Of a DNA stretch of 50,324 nt, positions 22,130 through 32,819 are shown one piece after another. Position 1 is the first letter of the stretch, and each line of letters starts with the position of its first letter. The stretch is from contig JBPCSL010000115.1 of assembly GCA_051007175.1 (NCBI GenBank), forward strand, positions 1 through 50,324, given 5' to 3'. Origin of the DNA: Candidatus Nanopelagicales bacterium (GTDB lineage Bacteria; Actinomycetota; Actinomycetes; S36-B12). The notes under the pieces were generated by a model. That model saw only the letters and a list, made by a program, of their open reading frames with translations. It had not been told where the DNA came from and did no database searches. The position numbers were made by a program, and so were the translations under genes.

Positions 22130-22236
22130 GGTCATGAGCGCCAGCGCATAGCCCCGGCTTGCTGGCCGGCAACCCTCCGACCGCGGTGGGGTGCCCCGGG
22201 TGATGACCGGGCCTGCAGAGCAGGCAAGCGCGGGTC
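22130..22236 (+). promoter_or_regulatory. SAM-IV riboswitch aptamer
   Basis: GGTCATGAGCGCCAGCG..AGCCCCGGCTTGCTGGCCGGCAACCCTCCGACCGCGGTGGGGTGCCCCGGGTGATGACC...GCAAGCGCGGGTC is almost position-for-position the actinobacterial SAM-IV consensus as I recall it. It lies upstream of metY-metX, the usual regulated genes. Confidence 0.85.
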
Positions 22237-22477
22237 TTGCACAGGGCAAGGCCCCGGATGGCACGGAGGCTGGCATGTGCGGCGATCGAATGTGTCGATG
22301 TCGTTGAGGCCCGTGGGGACGGCGTAACCGTCCTTCTCGAGCAGCGCGGCCGTCCCTGGGGCGGTCGGCACTTCCACCCATCCGGTCCGGCGCGGCGGGA
22401 CGGCGAAGCCGCCCCTGTCGGGTCCCTCCGGATCCGCGAACGACCCTTGTCCGAATCACCCTCGTAGGAGACAGAAC

Positions 22478-23794
22478 ATGAGCAACGGTTGGTCCTTTGA
22501 AACCCGGCAGATCCATGCGGGGCAGAGCCCCGACGCCGCCACCAATGCACGGGCGCTGCCGATCTACCAGACAACGTCTTACACCTTCAACGACACCACG
22601 CACGCGGCGAACCTCTTCGCGCTGAAGGAACTCGGCAATATCTACACGCGCATCATGAATCCGACCCAGGCGGCTGTGGAGGACCGCCTGGCCTCCCTCG
22701 AGGGCGGTGTCGGCGCGCTCCTGGTCTCAAGCGGCCAGGCCGCGGAGACCCTGGCCATCCTCAATGTGGCTGAGGCGGGCGACCACATCGTCTCGAGCCC
22801 CAGCCTCTACGGCGGCACCTACAACCTCTTCCACTACACCCTGCCGAAGCTCGGCATCGAGGTGAGCTTCGTCGAGAATCCCGACGACATCGAGTCCTGG
22901 CGCGCGGCCGTGAAGCCCAACACCAAGGCCTTCTACGGGGAGTCCATCGCCAACCCGAAGAATGACGTCCTGGATATCGAGGCCGTGGCGAACGTCGCCC
23001 ACGAGATCGGCGTGCCGCTCATCATCGACAACACGGTGGCTACCCCCTACCTGATCCGACCGATCGAGTGGGGCGCCGACGTTGTCGTGCACTCGGCCAC
23101 CAAGTACATCGGGGGCCACGGCACGGCCATCGCCGGCGCCATCATCGACAGCGGCAACTTCGACTATGCGCGCTACCCCGATCGCTTCCCCAACTACAAC
23201 CAGCCGGACCCCAGCTATCACGGACTCGTCTACGCGCGTGATCTTGGTGTCGGCTCGGCGTTCGGGGCCAACCTCTCCTTCATCCTCAAGGCGCGCGTGC
23301 AACTCCTGCGCGACCTGGGAGCGGCGGTGGCGCCCTTCAACGCGTGGCTGCTCTCGCAGGGCTTGGAGACGCTGAGCCTGCGCATGGACCGGCACGTGGC
23401 CAACGCCAAGCGCGTGGCGGAGTTCCTGGAGGCTCGCGATGAGGTCCTTCAGGTGAACTACGCCAGCCTGCCCTCGAGTCCCTGGCATGCCCGGGCACAG
23501 AAGTACTCCCCGAAGGGCTCGGGAGCCGTCCTCTCGTTCGAGATCGAGGGCGGCGTCGAGGCGGGGCGCAGGTTCGTGGAGGCGCTCGAGCTCCACAGCC
23601 ACGTGGCCAACATCGGAGACGTGCGCAGCCTCGTCATCCACCCGGCCTCCACGACGCACTCGCAGCTCACACCGGAGGAGCAGCTCTCGGCCGGGGTGAC
23701 GCCTGGGCTCGTGCGACTCGCCGTGGGCATCGAAGGCATCGACGACATCCTCGCCGACCTCGATGCCGGCTTCCGGGCGGCCAAGGAAGCCTGA
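22478..23794 (+). CDS. metY: O-acetylhomoserine aminocarboxypropyltransferase (sulfhydrylase), PLP-dependent
   Basis: [19 protein letters not shown]...[18 protein letters not shown] lysine region [11 protein letters not shown]. Confidence 0.93.
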   Translation: MSNGWSFETRQIHAGQSPDAATNARALPIYQTTSYTFNDTTHAANLFALKELGNIYTRIMNPTQAAVEDRLASLEGGVGALLVSSGQAAETLAILNVAEAGDHIVSSPSLYGGTYNLFHYTLPKLGIEVSFVENPDDIESWRAAVKPNTKAFYGESIANPKNDVLDIEAVANVAHEIGVPLIIDNTVATPYLIRPIEWGADVVVHSATKYIGGHGTAIAGAIIDSGNFDYARYPDRFPNYNQPDPSYHGLVYARDLGVGSAFGANLSFILKARVQLLRDLGAAVAPFNAWLLSQGLETLSLRMDRHVANAKRVAEFLEARDEVLQVNYASLPSSPWHARAQKYSPKGSGAVLSFEIEGGVEAGRRFVEALELHSHVANIGDVRSLVIHPASTTHSQLTPEEQLSAGVTPGLVRLAVGIEGIDDILADLDAGFRAAKEA

Positions 23795-23797
23795 GTC

Positions 23798-24973
23798 GTG
23801 CCGGTGCCCTACGGCCCTTTGTCCTACGAGGGACCCCCTCCTGCCAGCGGCGCCTGGCAGGAGGGGTACCCCGTAGGCGAGCGGCTTTTCCTCGACGTCG
23901 GTGACGTGTCGCTGGAGTGCGGTGAGGTTATCCCGGACGTGCGCGTGGCCTACGAAACCTGGGGGACCCTCAATGCCGACGCGTCCAACGCCGTCTATGT
24001 GTGCCATGCCCTGACCGGCGACTCCCACGTGACGGGACCGGCCGGCCCGGGACACGCGACAGCCGGATGGTGGGACTCCCTCGTGGGGCCGGGCCGTCCC
24101 GTGGACACCGACGAGTGGTTCGTCGTGTGCGCCAATGTGCTCGGCGGATGCCAGGGGACCACCGGGCCGGGCAGTGTCGCCCCTGACGGTCGGCCGTGGG
24201 GCAGCCGCTTTCCCACGGTCACGGTCGCGGACATGGTCGAGGTCGAGCGCAGGCTCAGCAACGCCCTCGGAATCGAGGAGTGGGCCCTCATGCTGGGACC
24301 TTCGCTGGGCGGCATGCGGGTCCTCGAGTGGATGGCCGAGACCCCCGAGCGTGTCCGGGTAGGCCTCGTGCTGGGCACCACCGCGGCGGTGACGGCCGAT
24401 CAGATCGCGACGCATGCGACCCAGATTGGCGCCATCCGGGCGGATCCGGCATTCCGGGGGGGCGACTACTACGACGCGTCCGCGGGGGAGGGTCCCCATG
24501 TCGGCATGGGCATCGCCCGGCGCATTGCCCACCTGACCTATCGGAGCGAGAGCGAGCTCGACCTGCGATTCGGCCGTTCGCCGCAGAGCGACGAGGACCC
24601 CTTCGAAGGCGGCCGCTTCGCCGTGGAGTCCTACCTCGACCATCAAGCCGACAAGCTCGCGCGCCGGTTCGATGCCAACACCTATGTCGCGCTCACCCAG
24701 GCGATGAGCCTCTTTGACGTGGGACGCGGGCGCGGCGGCACCGATGCGGCGCTCGGCCGGATCACGCGGCCGCTCGTGGTCGTGGGGATCGACTCCGACC
24801 GGCTTTTCCCAGTGCGACTTCAGCAGCAGATCGTGGAGACGTCGGCCGGCGCCGATGGACTGCACCTCATCCGCTCGCCCTTCGGCCATGACGGATTCCT
24901 CGTCGAAGAAGATCAGGTCGGCGAACTCGTGCGCTATGCGCTGTCCCGCGCGACCGTGCCCGACACCCTCTGA
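23798..24973 (+). CDS. metX: Homoserine O-acetyltransferase
   Basis: GTG start 3 nt after the metY stop. alpha/beta-hydrolase nucleophile elbow GPSLGGM. VCHALTGDSHV and SPFGHDGFL motifs. Confidence 0.9.
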   Translation: MPVPYGPLSYEGPPPASGAWQEGYPVGERLFLDVGDVSLECGEVIPDVRVAYETWGTLNADASNAVYVCHALTGDSHVTGPAGPGHATAGWWDSLVGPGRPVDTDEWFVVCANVLGGCQGTTGPGSVAPDGRPWGSRFPTVTVADMVEVERRLSNALGIEEWALMLGPSLGGMRVLEWMAETPERVRVGLVLGTTAAVTADQIATHATQIGAIRADPAFRGGDYYDASAGEGPHVGMGIARRIAHLTYRSESELDLRFGRSPQSDEDPFEGGRFAVESYLDHQADKLARRFDANTYVALTQAMSLFDVGRGRGGTDAALGRITRPLVVVGIDSDRLFPVRLQQQIVETSAGADGLHLIRSPFGHDGFLVEEDQVGELVRYALSRATVPDTL

Positions 24974-25048
24974 TCAACCGCGCACGCGCTGTGCACAGAT
25001 TCGACCCACGCCTGGAGTGCGGCGCGCCGTTCGCCCTAGCGTCGGGGG

Positions 25049-25840
25049 ATGCGTACACGGCTGCTCGTCCTGCTGCTCTCACTTCTGGCCGCGCTGGCCG
25101 TCCCGGGCATGTCCTCCGCGGACGTGACCGTGATCGGGGACGACCGACAGGACGCCTTCATCGGGTCCGGCAGCCTCCTGCTGCCGGGCAGCATGTACCA
25201 GCAGGGCAGGTCAGAGGCGTCTGACTGTCCAGGATGCTCGTGGCGCGCGGTGCTCGAGTGCGAGATGACGACCGCGGGCTCGTGTCGGGGTCCGGCCCGA
25301 CTGTGCGGACCGGATGGCGCCTGGTTGCGCATCTACCTGAGGCGCGCCTCAGGAGAGGAGATCGATCTCGGCGCTGCCTGCTTCGGTCCCTCCGGCCCGG
25401 TCACTCGGGAGTCCGCGGAGGCAGACCTGCGTGAGATCATCCGTCAAGGAATTCCGCCGATGAGCCCACGCATGCAGCCGCGCACCGGTGCGCTGCCGCA
25501 CCTTCCGGTCATCTTCGACTCGGGCCAGCCTGATGGGTCCCAGACCAGTCACCACAGGATCGTCGATCTCTCGGTGGACCTCACGGCCACGCCGCGTTGG
25601 CTGTGGGACTTCGGAGACGGATCGCGCATGGGGACCACGAAGGCGGGGAGCCGCTGGCCCGACCTTGCCGTGAGCCACGTCTACGACCGGGCGGGGACTC
25701 CTCACGTGCAGGTGCGCACGGTGTGGCAGGCGGTCTACTGGGTCGAGGGCCTGGGTCCCCTCGAGGTGGAGGAGTCGGTGACCCAGGAGGCCATGCTTCC
25801 GGTCTCCGTCGGCGAGGGGCGCGCCGTCCTCGTCCGCTAG
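25049..25840 (+). CDS. Secreted hypothetical protein
   Basis: Signal peptide [24 protein letters not shown]. High GC3. No recognisable catalytic motif. Confidence 0.6.
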   Translation: MRTRLLVLLLSLLAALAVPGMSSADVTVIGDDRQDAFIGSGSLLLPGSMYQQGRSEASDCPGCSWRAVLECEMTTAGSCRGPARLCGPDGAWLRIYLRRASGEEIDLGAACFGPSGPVTRESAEADLREIIRQGIPPMSPRMQPRTGALPHLPVIFDSGQPDGSQTSHHRIVDLSVDLTATPRWLWDFGDGSRMGTTKAGSRWPDLAVSHVYDRAGTPHVQVRTVWQAVYWVEGLGPLEVEESVTQEAMLPVSVGEGRAVLVR

Positions 25841-25986
25841 CCACCCGACCCCGCCCGGATGGGATGGCCGTGGAACAATCGGGGCCGTCCGGGCGTTGTC
25901 CCGGGCAGCCGCGATACGCGGCACGGGAGCCCGGCAAGTCACCTGACTTGACTCGGGCCCTCTTCATGGGACGGATAGGAGTCAGG

Positions 25987-27468
<1,482 letters not shown>

Positions 27469-27477
27469 TGGTGCATC

Positions 27478-27711
27478 GTGGACGATGACCTGCCTCCGGT
27501 GCCGTGGTCGGCACGGCCGCCACAGCGCTATGTCTTTGCGGCCCTAGCCGTGGTGCTGGGAATCGCCGTCGTGGTCACGGCGGTGGCCTACATCCGCGCG
27601 GGCACGGGCGGAGTGGTGCCCTACCTCATGATCACGGTCGGGCCCGTCCTGGCCGTGGTGTACGTCTACTACTTCGGCTTCCGGAAGTTCGAAACCTCGG
27701 ACGAGACCTAG
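27478..27711 (+). CDS. Small two-TM membrane protein, unknown function
   Basis: GTG start 10 nt after the sigA stop. Two hydrophobic helices. High GC3. Confidence 0.5.
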   Translation: MDDDLPPVPWSARPPQRYVFAALAVVLGIAVVVTAVAYIRAGTGGVVPYLMITVGPVLAVVYVYYFGFRKFETSDET

Positions 27712-27839
27712 GCCTGCAGGCGACGATCCTGCTCGGGGGGGATGCTGCAGCAATTGCGAGCCCGCACGCGCCCGGTGATGCCCCCGACAACGAGCGCGGC
27801 CACGGGCAGCAGCACGAGCACTACCAGCACGAAACGCAT
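27708..27839 (-). CDS. Candidate 43-aa small membrane protein (not in ORF track)
   Basis: Minus-strand ATG (27839) to TAG gives MRFVLVVLVLLPVAALVVGGITGRVRARNCCSIPPEQDRRLQA. Very high GC3. Its stop shares the palindrome CTAG with the convergent gene's stop. No clear RBS. Confidence 0.3.
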   Translation of the reverse strand: MRFVLVVLVLLPVAALVVGGITGRVRARNCCSIPPEQDRRLQA

Positions 27840-27887
27840 GAGGTCACCCTACGCTGCCGTGGTGAAGCAGACCGCCTCTCGGCGGCC

Positions 27888-28103
27888 CTAGGCTTCCGGG
27901 ATCTCAGCGGCCTCGACGAGGCGATCGGTCTCGTCGAGCACCTGGGCTGCCTGAGGTTTGAGGGCGTCGGCGTGACGGCCCCAGTGATGCCCGCAGAAGA
28001 GCAGCTCCCCGCCGTTCACCAACGTCACGCGCACGTAGGCCTGGGCGCCGCAGCCGTCGCAGCGATCAGCAGGCAACAGTGATGGGGCAAGGGTGGGCGT
28101 CAT
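27888..28103 (-). CDS. Small conserved Cys/His (putative Zn-binding) protein
   Basis: 71 aa with CDGCGAQAY...FCGHHW pattern. High GC3. Divergent from the topoisomerase B gene, a common actinobacterial arrangement. Confidence 0.55.
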   Translation of the reverse strand: MTPTLAPSLLPADRCDGCGAQAYVRVTLVNGGELLFCGHHWGRHADALKPQAAQVLDETDRLVEAAEIPEA

Positions 28104-28275
28104 GCTCGCGGACCTCCTCGGCTGGGGTACGACTGCTGCAACACTCTCACATGCCGGATCTGTTCCCGCTCATCGAGGGAAGGCGACACACCGTCAGTAT
28201 GTGACCGGCTTCACAGGCTCGAGGCCTGTGGAGCGCCTCCACCGGCGGGACCCGCGGGTTGGCTAGCCTGCGGAC

Positions 28276-30402
28276 GTGCCCGCTCAGCCCCGGGCGGCCA
28301 AGGGGCCGTCAACCGCGTCGCGCTCCCGCAAGGGCGGGGGCGCTGCTGACGGCGCCAGTTACAACGCGCGCGACCTTGCGGTTCTCGAGGGCCTTGACGC
28401 GGTCCGCAAGCGCCCGGGCATGTACATCGGCTCCAACGATGGCCGTGGCCTCATGCACTGCCTCTGGGAGATCGTCGACAACGGGGTGGACGAGGCCATC
28501 GCGGGCCACGCCAAGAAGGTCGTTGTCACCCTCCACGCCGACGGCTCGGTGGAGGTGAGTGACGACGGCCGGGGCATCCCCGTCGATATCGAGCCCAAGA
28601 CCAAGCTGAGCGGGGTTGAGGTCGTCATGACGAAACTCCACGCGGGCGGCAAGTTCGGGGGCACCAGCTACGCCGTGTCCGGAGGCCTGCACGGCGTCGG
28701 CGCCTCGGTCGTCAACGCGTTGTCCGAGCGGCTCGACGTAGAGGTGGACCGCGGCGGCAAGACCCATGCCATGTCCTTCCGCCGCGGCGTCGCCGGAGAG
28801 TTTGAGGGGCCCTCACCGGGCTCCGCCTTTCAGCGGCGACACGGCCTTCGGGCCGTCGCGACCGTGCCGCGCTCGCGCACCGGCACCCGGGTGCGCTGGT
28901 GGGCCGACCCCCAGGTCTTCACCAAGGACTCCGAGTACGACGTCCAGGCGCTGCGCGACCGGCTTATTCAGACCAGCTTCCTCGTGCCCGGCCTGACCGT
29001 GACCCTGCGGGATCTCAGGGCGGGGGAGGAGGTGGAGTCCTTCACCCACAAGGGTGGTGTCTCGGAGTACGTCGAGCACCTGGCCGCGGGTGATCCGGTC
29101 ACGGGAGTGATCCGCCTCCAAGGCGCAGGACACTTCCACGAGACCGTCCCTGTGCTCGATGCCCAGGGGCACATGACCTCCCAGGAGGTCGAGCGCGAGC
29201 TGACCGTCGACATCGCCCTGCGGTGGATGGCGGGGTACGACACCGACGTCCGGTCGTTCGTCAACGTCATCGCGACGCCCAAGGGCGGCACCCACATCAA
29301 CGGCTTCGAGCGAGCCCTGGTGAAGGTGCTCAACGAGCAGGCCAAGGGCGCGCGCGTGCTGCGCTCCGCGGACGAGTCCATCACCAAGGAGGACGCCCTC
29401 GAGGGGCTCGTCGGAGTCGTGGCCGTGCGGGTGCCCGAGCCCCAGTTCGAGGGCCAGACCAAGGAGATCCTGGGCACCCCGGCGGCCTCGCGCATCGTGG
29501 CGGCCGTCGTGACGAAGGAGCTGGCCACGTGGATCGCCAGCCCCCCGCGCGGGGAGAAGGCATCGGCCAAGGCCCTGCTGGAGAAGGTGGCCGGCGCGAT
29601 GCGCGCCCGGGTCGCCGCACGGACTCACCGTGATACCCAGCGCCGCAAGACGGCGCTGGAGTCATCCGCCCTGCCGGCCAAGCTTGTGGACTGCCGCAGT
29701 GAGGACATCGAGCGCAATGAGCTCTTCATCGTCGAGGGTGACAGCGCCCTGGGCACAGCGAAGATGGCGCGCGACGCGGAGTTCCAGGCGCTGCTCCCGA
29801 TACGAGGCAAGATCCTCAACGTGCAGAAGGCCTCCCTGGCCGACATGCTGAAGAATGCCGAGTGCGCCTCCATCATCCAGGTGATCGGCGCGGGATCCGG
29901 ACGAAGCTTCGAGATCGACCAGGCTCGCTACGGGCGCGTCATCCTCATGTCCGACGCCGACGTCGATGGAGCCCACATCCGCACCCTGCTGCTGACCCTC
30001 ATCCACCGCTATCTGACCCCGCTCCTCGCCGAGGGGCGTGTCTACGCGGCCATGCCGCCGTTGCACCGCATCGAAGTGCTCGGCAGCGGTGGCAAGCAGG
30101 GTGAGGTCCGCTACACCTACTCCGATGCCGAGATGAAGTCGCTGCTCGCGGAGCTCACCAAGAAGGGGCGTCGTTGGCGCGACCCCATCCAGCGCTATAA
30201 GGGGCTGGGCGAGATGGACGCCGACCAGTTGCGGGACACGACGATGGGCTTCGGGACTCGTCAACTGCGCCGCATCACCCTTAAAGATGCGGCGGCGGCG
30301 GCCGGGGTGTTCGATCTGCTCATGGGCAGCGAGGTAGCCCCTCGCAAGGAGTTCATCGTGGCCGGGGCAGCTTCCCTGGACCGCGGTCGCATCGACGTCT
30401 AG
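28276..30402 (+). CDS. parE: Type IIA DNA topoisomerase subunit B (topoisomerase IV ParE-like / GyrB paralogue)
   Basis: GHKL ATPase motifs LEGLDAVRKRPGMYIGS, EIVDNGVDEA, DDGRGIP, GGLHGVGASVVNA. Toprim ELFIVEGDSALG and PIRGKILNV. Assignment to ParE rather than GyrB rests on the sigma-factor neighbourhood and the distal A-subunit gene. Confidence 0.85.
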   Translation: MPAQPRAAKGPSTASRSRKGGGAADGASYNARDLAVLEGLDAVRKRPGMYIGSNDGRGLMHCLWEIVDNGVDEAIAGHAKKVVVTLHADGSVEVSDDGRGIPVDIEPKTKLSGVEVVMTKLHAGGKFGGTSYAVSGGLHGVGASVVNALSERLDVEVDRGGKTHAMSFRRGVAGEFEGPSPGSAFQRRHGLRAVATVPRSRTGTRVRWWADPQVFTKDSEYDVQALRDRLIQTSFLVPGLTVTLRDLRAGEEVESFTHKGGVSEYVEHLAAGDPVTGVIRLQGAGHFHETVPVLDAQGHMTSQEVERELTVDIALRWMAGYDTDVRSFVNVIATPKGGTHINGFERALVKVLNEQAKGARVLRSADESITKEDALEGLVGVVAVRVPEPQFEGQTKEILGTPAASRIVAAVVTKELATWIASPPRGEKASAKALLEKVAGAMRARVAARTHRDTQRRKTALESSALPAKLVDCRSEDIERNELFIVEGDSALGTAKMARDAEFQALLPIRGKILNVQKASLADMLKNAECASIIQVIGAGSGRSFEIDQARYGRVILMSDADVDGAHIRTLLLTLIHRYLTPLLAEGRVYAAMPPLHRIEVLGSGGKQGEVRYTYSDAEMKSLLAELTKKGRRWRDPIQRYKGLGEMDADQLRDTTMGFGTRQLRRITLKDAAAAAGVFDLLMGSEVAPRKEFIVAGAASLDRGRIDV

Positions 30403-30411
30403 GGGGTTCGC

Positions 30412-31389
30412 GTGGATCTCGCGGGCTCGCTGTCGTTCGCGCTCACCAATCTCACCTCGCCGCCCGTCCTCGCCTTCGTCCTCGGCCTCATCGCAGTTGC
30501 CCTGCGCACCGACCTGCGGCTCCCTGACCCGGTGTACCAGGCCACGTCCATTTACCTCCTTCTCGCCATCGGCATCAAGGGTGGCGTCGCGCTGCGCAAG
30601 AGCGCGCCGGCGGATGTCGCGCTGCCGATTGCCACGGCCATCCTTCTCGGGGTTCTCATCCCCATCGCGGCGTTCTTCCTGCTGCAGTGGTGGACGCGAC
30701 TGAATCGGGTCAATCGCGGGGCCATGGCAGCGCACTACGGGTCCACCTCCCTCGTCACCTTCACCGCTGCGCTGGTCCTCCTCGAAGAGTCGGGGATCCC
30801 CTTCGAGGGGTACGTCACGACCCTCCTCACGGTCCTGGAGATCCCAGGCATTGTCGTCGGCCTGCTCCTGGCCCAGCGCCTTGAGAGAGGCACCCTCGGG
30901 GAGACGCTGCGCGAGGTCGTCTTCGGGCGTTCGGTCGTCCTCCTCGTGGGAGGCCTCCTCATCGGCGTCCTCACGGGTCCGGCGGGATACGAGCGCGTGG
31001 AGCCGTTCTTCGGAGGTCTCTTCATCGGGGTTCTCACCCTGTACCTGCTCGACCTCGGGATGCTCACGGGCCGGCATATCGGGGCAGTGCGCCAGGCCGG
31101 CCCCGGGCTCGTGGCCTTCGCGATCGTCTTCCCACTCCTGGCGGGGAGCGCAGGCGCGCTCGCGGCCACCGTGATCGGCATGTCGGTCGGCGGGGCGACC
31201 GTGCTCGCTGTCCTGTGCGCGAGCGCCTCCTACATTGCCGCGCCCGCGGCGGTCCGCCTCGCACTTCCGCAGGCCACGCCCTCCATCACGCTCACGAGCA
31301 GCCTCGGCATCACCTTCCCGTTCAATCTCATCATCGGCATCCCGGTCTACCTGCTCATCGCGGAGGCGATGGGCTCATGGCTGGGCTAG
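30412..31389 (+). CDS. sbtA: Sodium-dependent bicarbonate transport family permease (SbtA-like)
   Basis: Polytopic, 325 aa. N-terminal SPPVLAFVLGLIAVALRTDLRLPDPVYQATSIYLLLAIGIKGG resembles the SbtA family signature. GTG start only 10 nt after the parE stop. Confidence 0.7.
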   Translation: MDLAGSLSFALTNLTSPPVLAFVLGLIAVALRTDLRLPDPVYQATSIYLLLAIGIKGGVALRKSAPADVALPIATAILLGVLIPIAAFFLLQWWTRLNRVNRGAMAAHYGSTSLVTFTAALVLLEESGIPFEGYVTTLLTVLEIPGIVVGLLLAQRLERGTLGETLREVVFGRSVVLLVGGLLIGVLTGPAGYERVEPFFGGLFIGVLTLYLLDLGMLTGRHIGAVRQAGPGLVAFAIVFPLLAGSAGALAATVIGMSVGGATVLAVLCASASYIAAPAAVRLALPQATPSITLTSSLGITFPFNLIIGIPVYLLIAEAMGSWLG

Positions 31390-31402
31390 GAGAGGACGTC
31401 GC

Positions 31403-31717
31403 ATGTCCCACTTCGCCCAGGTCACCTGCGTGACCATCGTGGCCGAGAGCCTCGTCCAGGACAGGTTGCTCCAGGCCCTCACCGCGTGCGGAGCCCGCGG
31501 ATGGACCGTCACCATGGCCGATGGCCACGGGCCGAGTGCGCATGGCGTGTCCGGAATCGAGGGGGGCAATGCGCGCATTGAGACCCTCGTCTCCGGCGAG
31601 GTGGCGACGCGCATCTGGACGATGCTCGAAGCGGACTTCTTCCCGCACTACGCGGTCACCGCGTGGGCGTACGACGTGTCCGTGGCACGGGTCGCCCGCT
31701 ACTCGTCGGGTGCCTGA
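31403..31717 (+). CDS. P-II-like signalling protein (SbtB-like)
   Basis: 104 aa, ATG 31403 after GGAGAGGA. beta-alpha-beta layout with a Gly-rich T-loop-like segment GHGPSAHGVSGIEGGNARIE. Usual partner position downstream of sbtA-like genes. Confidence 0.6.
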   Translation: MSHFAQVTCVTIVAESLVQDRLLQALTACGARGWTVTMADGHGPSAHGVSGIEGGNARIETLVSGEVATRIWTMLEADFFPHYAVTAWAYDVSVARVARYSSGA

Positions 31718-31721
31718 CGCG

Positions 31722-32243
31722 TCACACTTCGAGGGGGCGCAGGGTGCCTGTGTGAACGTCGTAGACGGCGCCCCCGACCTTCGTGCCCGGGGGAAGCAGG
31801 GGATTGGCCCTCAGTCGGACGACATCGCGGCCGAGTGCCTCGTCCACGTCGCGCGCGGTGTTGAACTCGATGCTCCGCGTGTCGGTGCCCGTCTCCTGGC
31901 GGATGAGCGCATGGATGTCGGCTTCCGTCGAGCCGACCATGCGGCAGTCCGTATGGGGCATCACGAGAATGCGGGTGACTCCCAGCAGGTAGGTCGCCAG
32001 GAGGAGGGTGCGCTGCACGTCATCGGTGACGCGTGCTCCGGCATTGCGCAGGATCTTGACGTCCCCCGGCGCCATGCCGAGGGCGGCGAGCGGATCGATA
32101 CGGGAGTCCATGCACGTCACCACCGCGAGTCCGCGAGCGGCATAGCCGCTCAGCGCGCTCCCCGCGTACGAAGCGGCGTGCTCGGCATTGCCGCCGAGGA
32201 CGTCAGTGAATGCCTCGAGCGGGAAGCGACGGGAGTCAGGCAT
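31722..32243 (-). CDS. Beta-class carbonic anhydrase
   Basis: Zn ligand motifs CMDSRID and HTDCRM. Start taken at ATG 32243 (MPDSRRFPLE), which overlaps the upstream Rieske gene stop by 8 nt (ATGCCTGA). Confidence 0.85.
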   Translation of the reverse strand: MPDSRRFPLEAFTDVLGGNAEHAASYAGSALSGYAARGLAVVTCMDSRIDPLAALGMAPGDVKILRNAGARVTDDVQRTLLLATYLLGVTRILVMPHTDCRMVGSTEADIHALIRQETGTDTRSIEFNTARDVDEALGRDVVRLRANPLLPPGTKVGGAVYDVHTGTLRPLEV

Positions 32244-32613
32244 CGGGCTCCTCATGTCCGCGAGCGTGGTCGAGCAGGATCTCCCGCAGCGAGCGCGTGA
32301 CCGGAGCGGGGGGGAGGTCGACCTCGATGGTGCCATCGACGATCCGGCACGGGTAGGACGCCAGGTGAACTCCGGGCGAACCTTCGAGAGCGCCGTCGCG
32401 GAGGTCGTAGCGCCACCAGTGCGACGGGCAGGTGATGACTCCGTCTCGGCACAGACCGTCGGCGAGCGAGGCCCCTCGGTGGAGGCAGGCGTCCGACACT
32501 GCTCGAGGCACGTCGTCCACCATGGCGACGAGGACGGGAATCGCGCCGTGATCGAACCGCAGGGGCGCCGCCGCGACCTGGTCGACGGTGTAGGTCGGGG
32601 TCCAGGCCGTCAT
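32236..32613 (-). CDS. Rieske [2Fe-2S] ferredoxin
   Basis: CLHRG...CPSHWW (C-x-H / C-x-x-H) in a ~125-aa protein. ATGA overlap with the 4-OT stop. Confidence 0.8.
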   Translation of the reverse strand: MTAWTPTYTVDQVAAAPLRFDHGAIPVLVAMVDDVPRAVSDACLHRGASLADGLCRDGVITCPSHWWRYDLRDGALEGSPGVHLASYPCRIVDGTIEVDLPPAPVTRSLREILLDHARGHEEPDA

Positions 32614-32819
32614 GAGGACGGCGAGATCGGCCCGCGTGCGGAGGAGAACGGCACGCCGCCGATGCCCCATTCATCAGCGCTCACCTCGTAGAGGGCCACG
32701 CGAATGCGCTCGAGCGGCACGTCGAGGGTCTCGGCCATCGCCTCGCTGAGGTTGCGGATGAGGGCGTGCTTTTGCTCGGTCGTGCGACCGGCGACCATGG
32801 TGACCTGGATTAGCGGCAT
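32610..32819 (-). CDS. 4-oxalocrotonate tautomerase (XylH/DmpI-like)
   Basis: 69 aa starting MPLIQVTM (catalytic Pro1) ...GRTTEQKHALIRNLSEAMAETLDVPLERIRV. Confidence 0.85.
   Translation of the reverse strand: MPLIQVTMVAGRTTEQKHALIRNLSEAMAETLDVPLERIRVALYEVSADEWGIGGVPFSSARGPISPSS

Noticed and set aside
22237-22467. 76-aa ORF starting right after the SAM-IV aptamer, a possible leader peptide or uORF.
   Set aside because: It has a TTG start without an SD. Its third-codon positions are mixed rather than GC-rich like real genes here, and the product is Arg-rich and low in complexity. It is more likely a non-coding leader.
28212-28230. Inverted repeat CACAGGC-tcgag-GCCTGTG upstream of parE as a specific operator.
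   Set aside because: It is a single short 7-bp-arm repeat in a 172-nt divergent promoter region, with no known matching regulator motif. It could equally be a 5'-UTR hairpin, and the evidence is insufficient to call.
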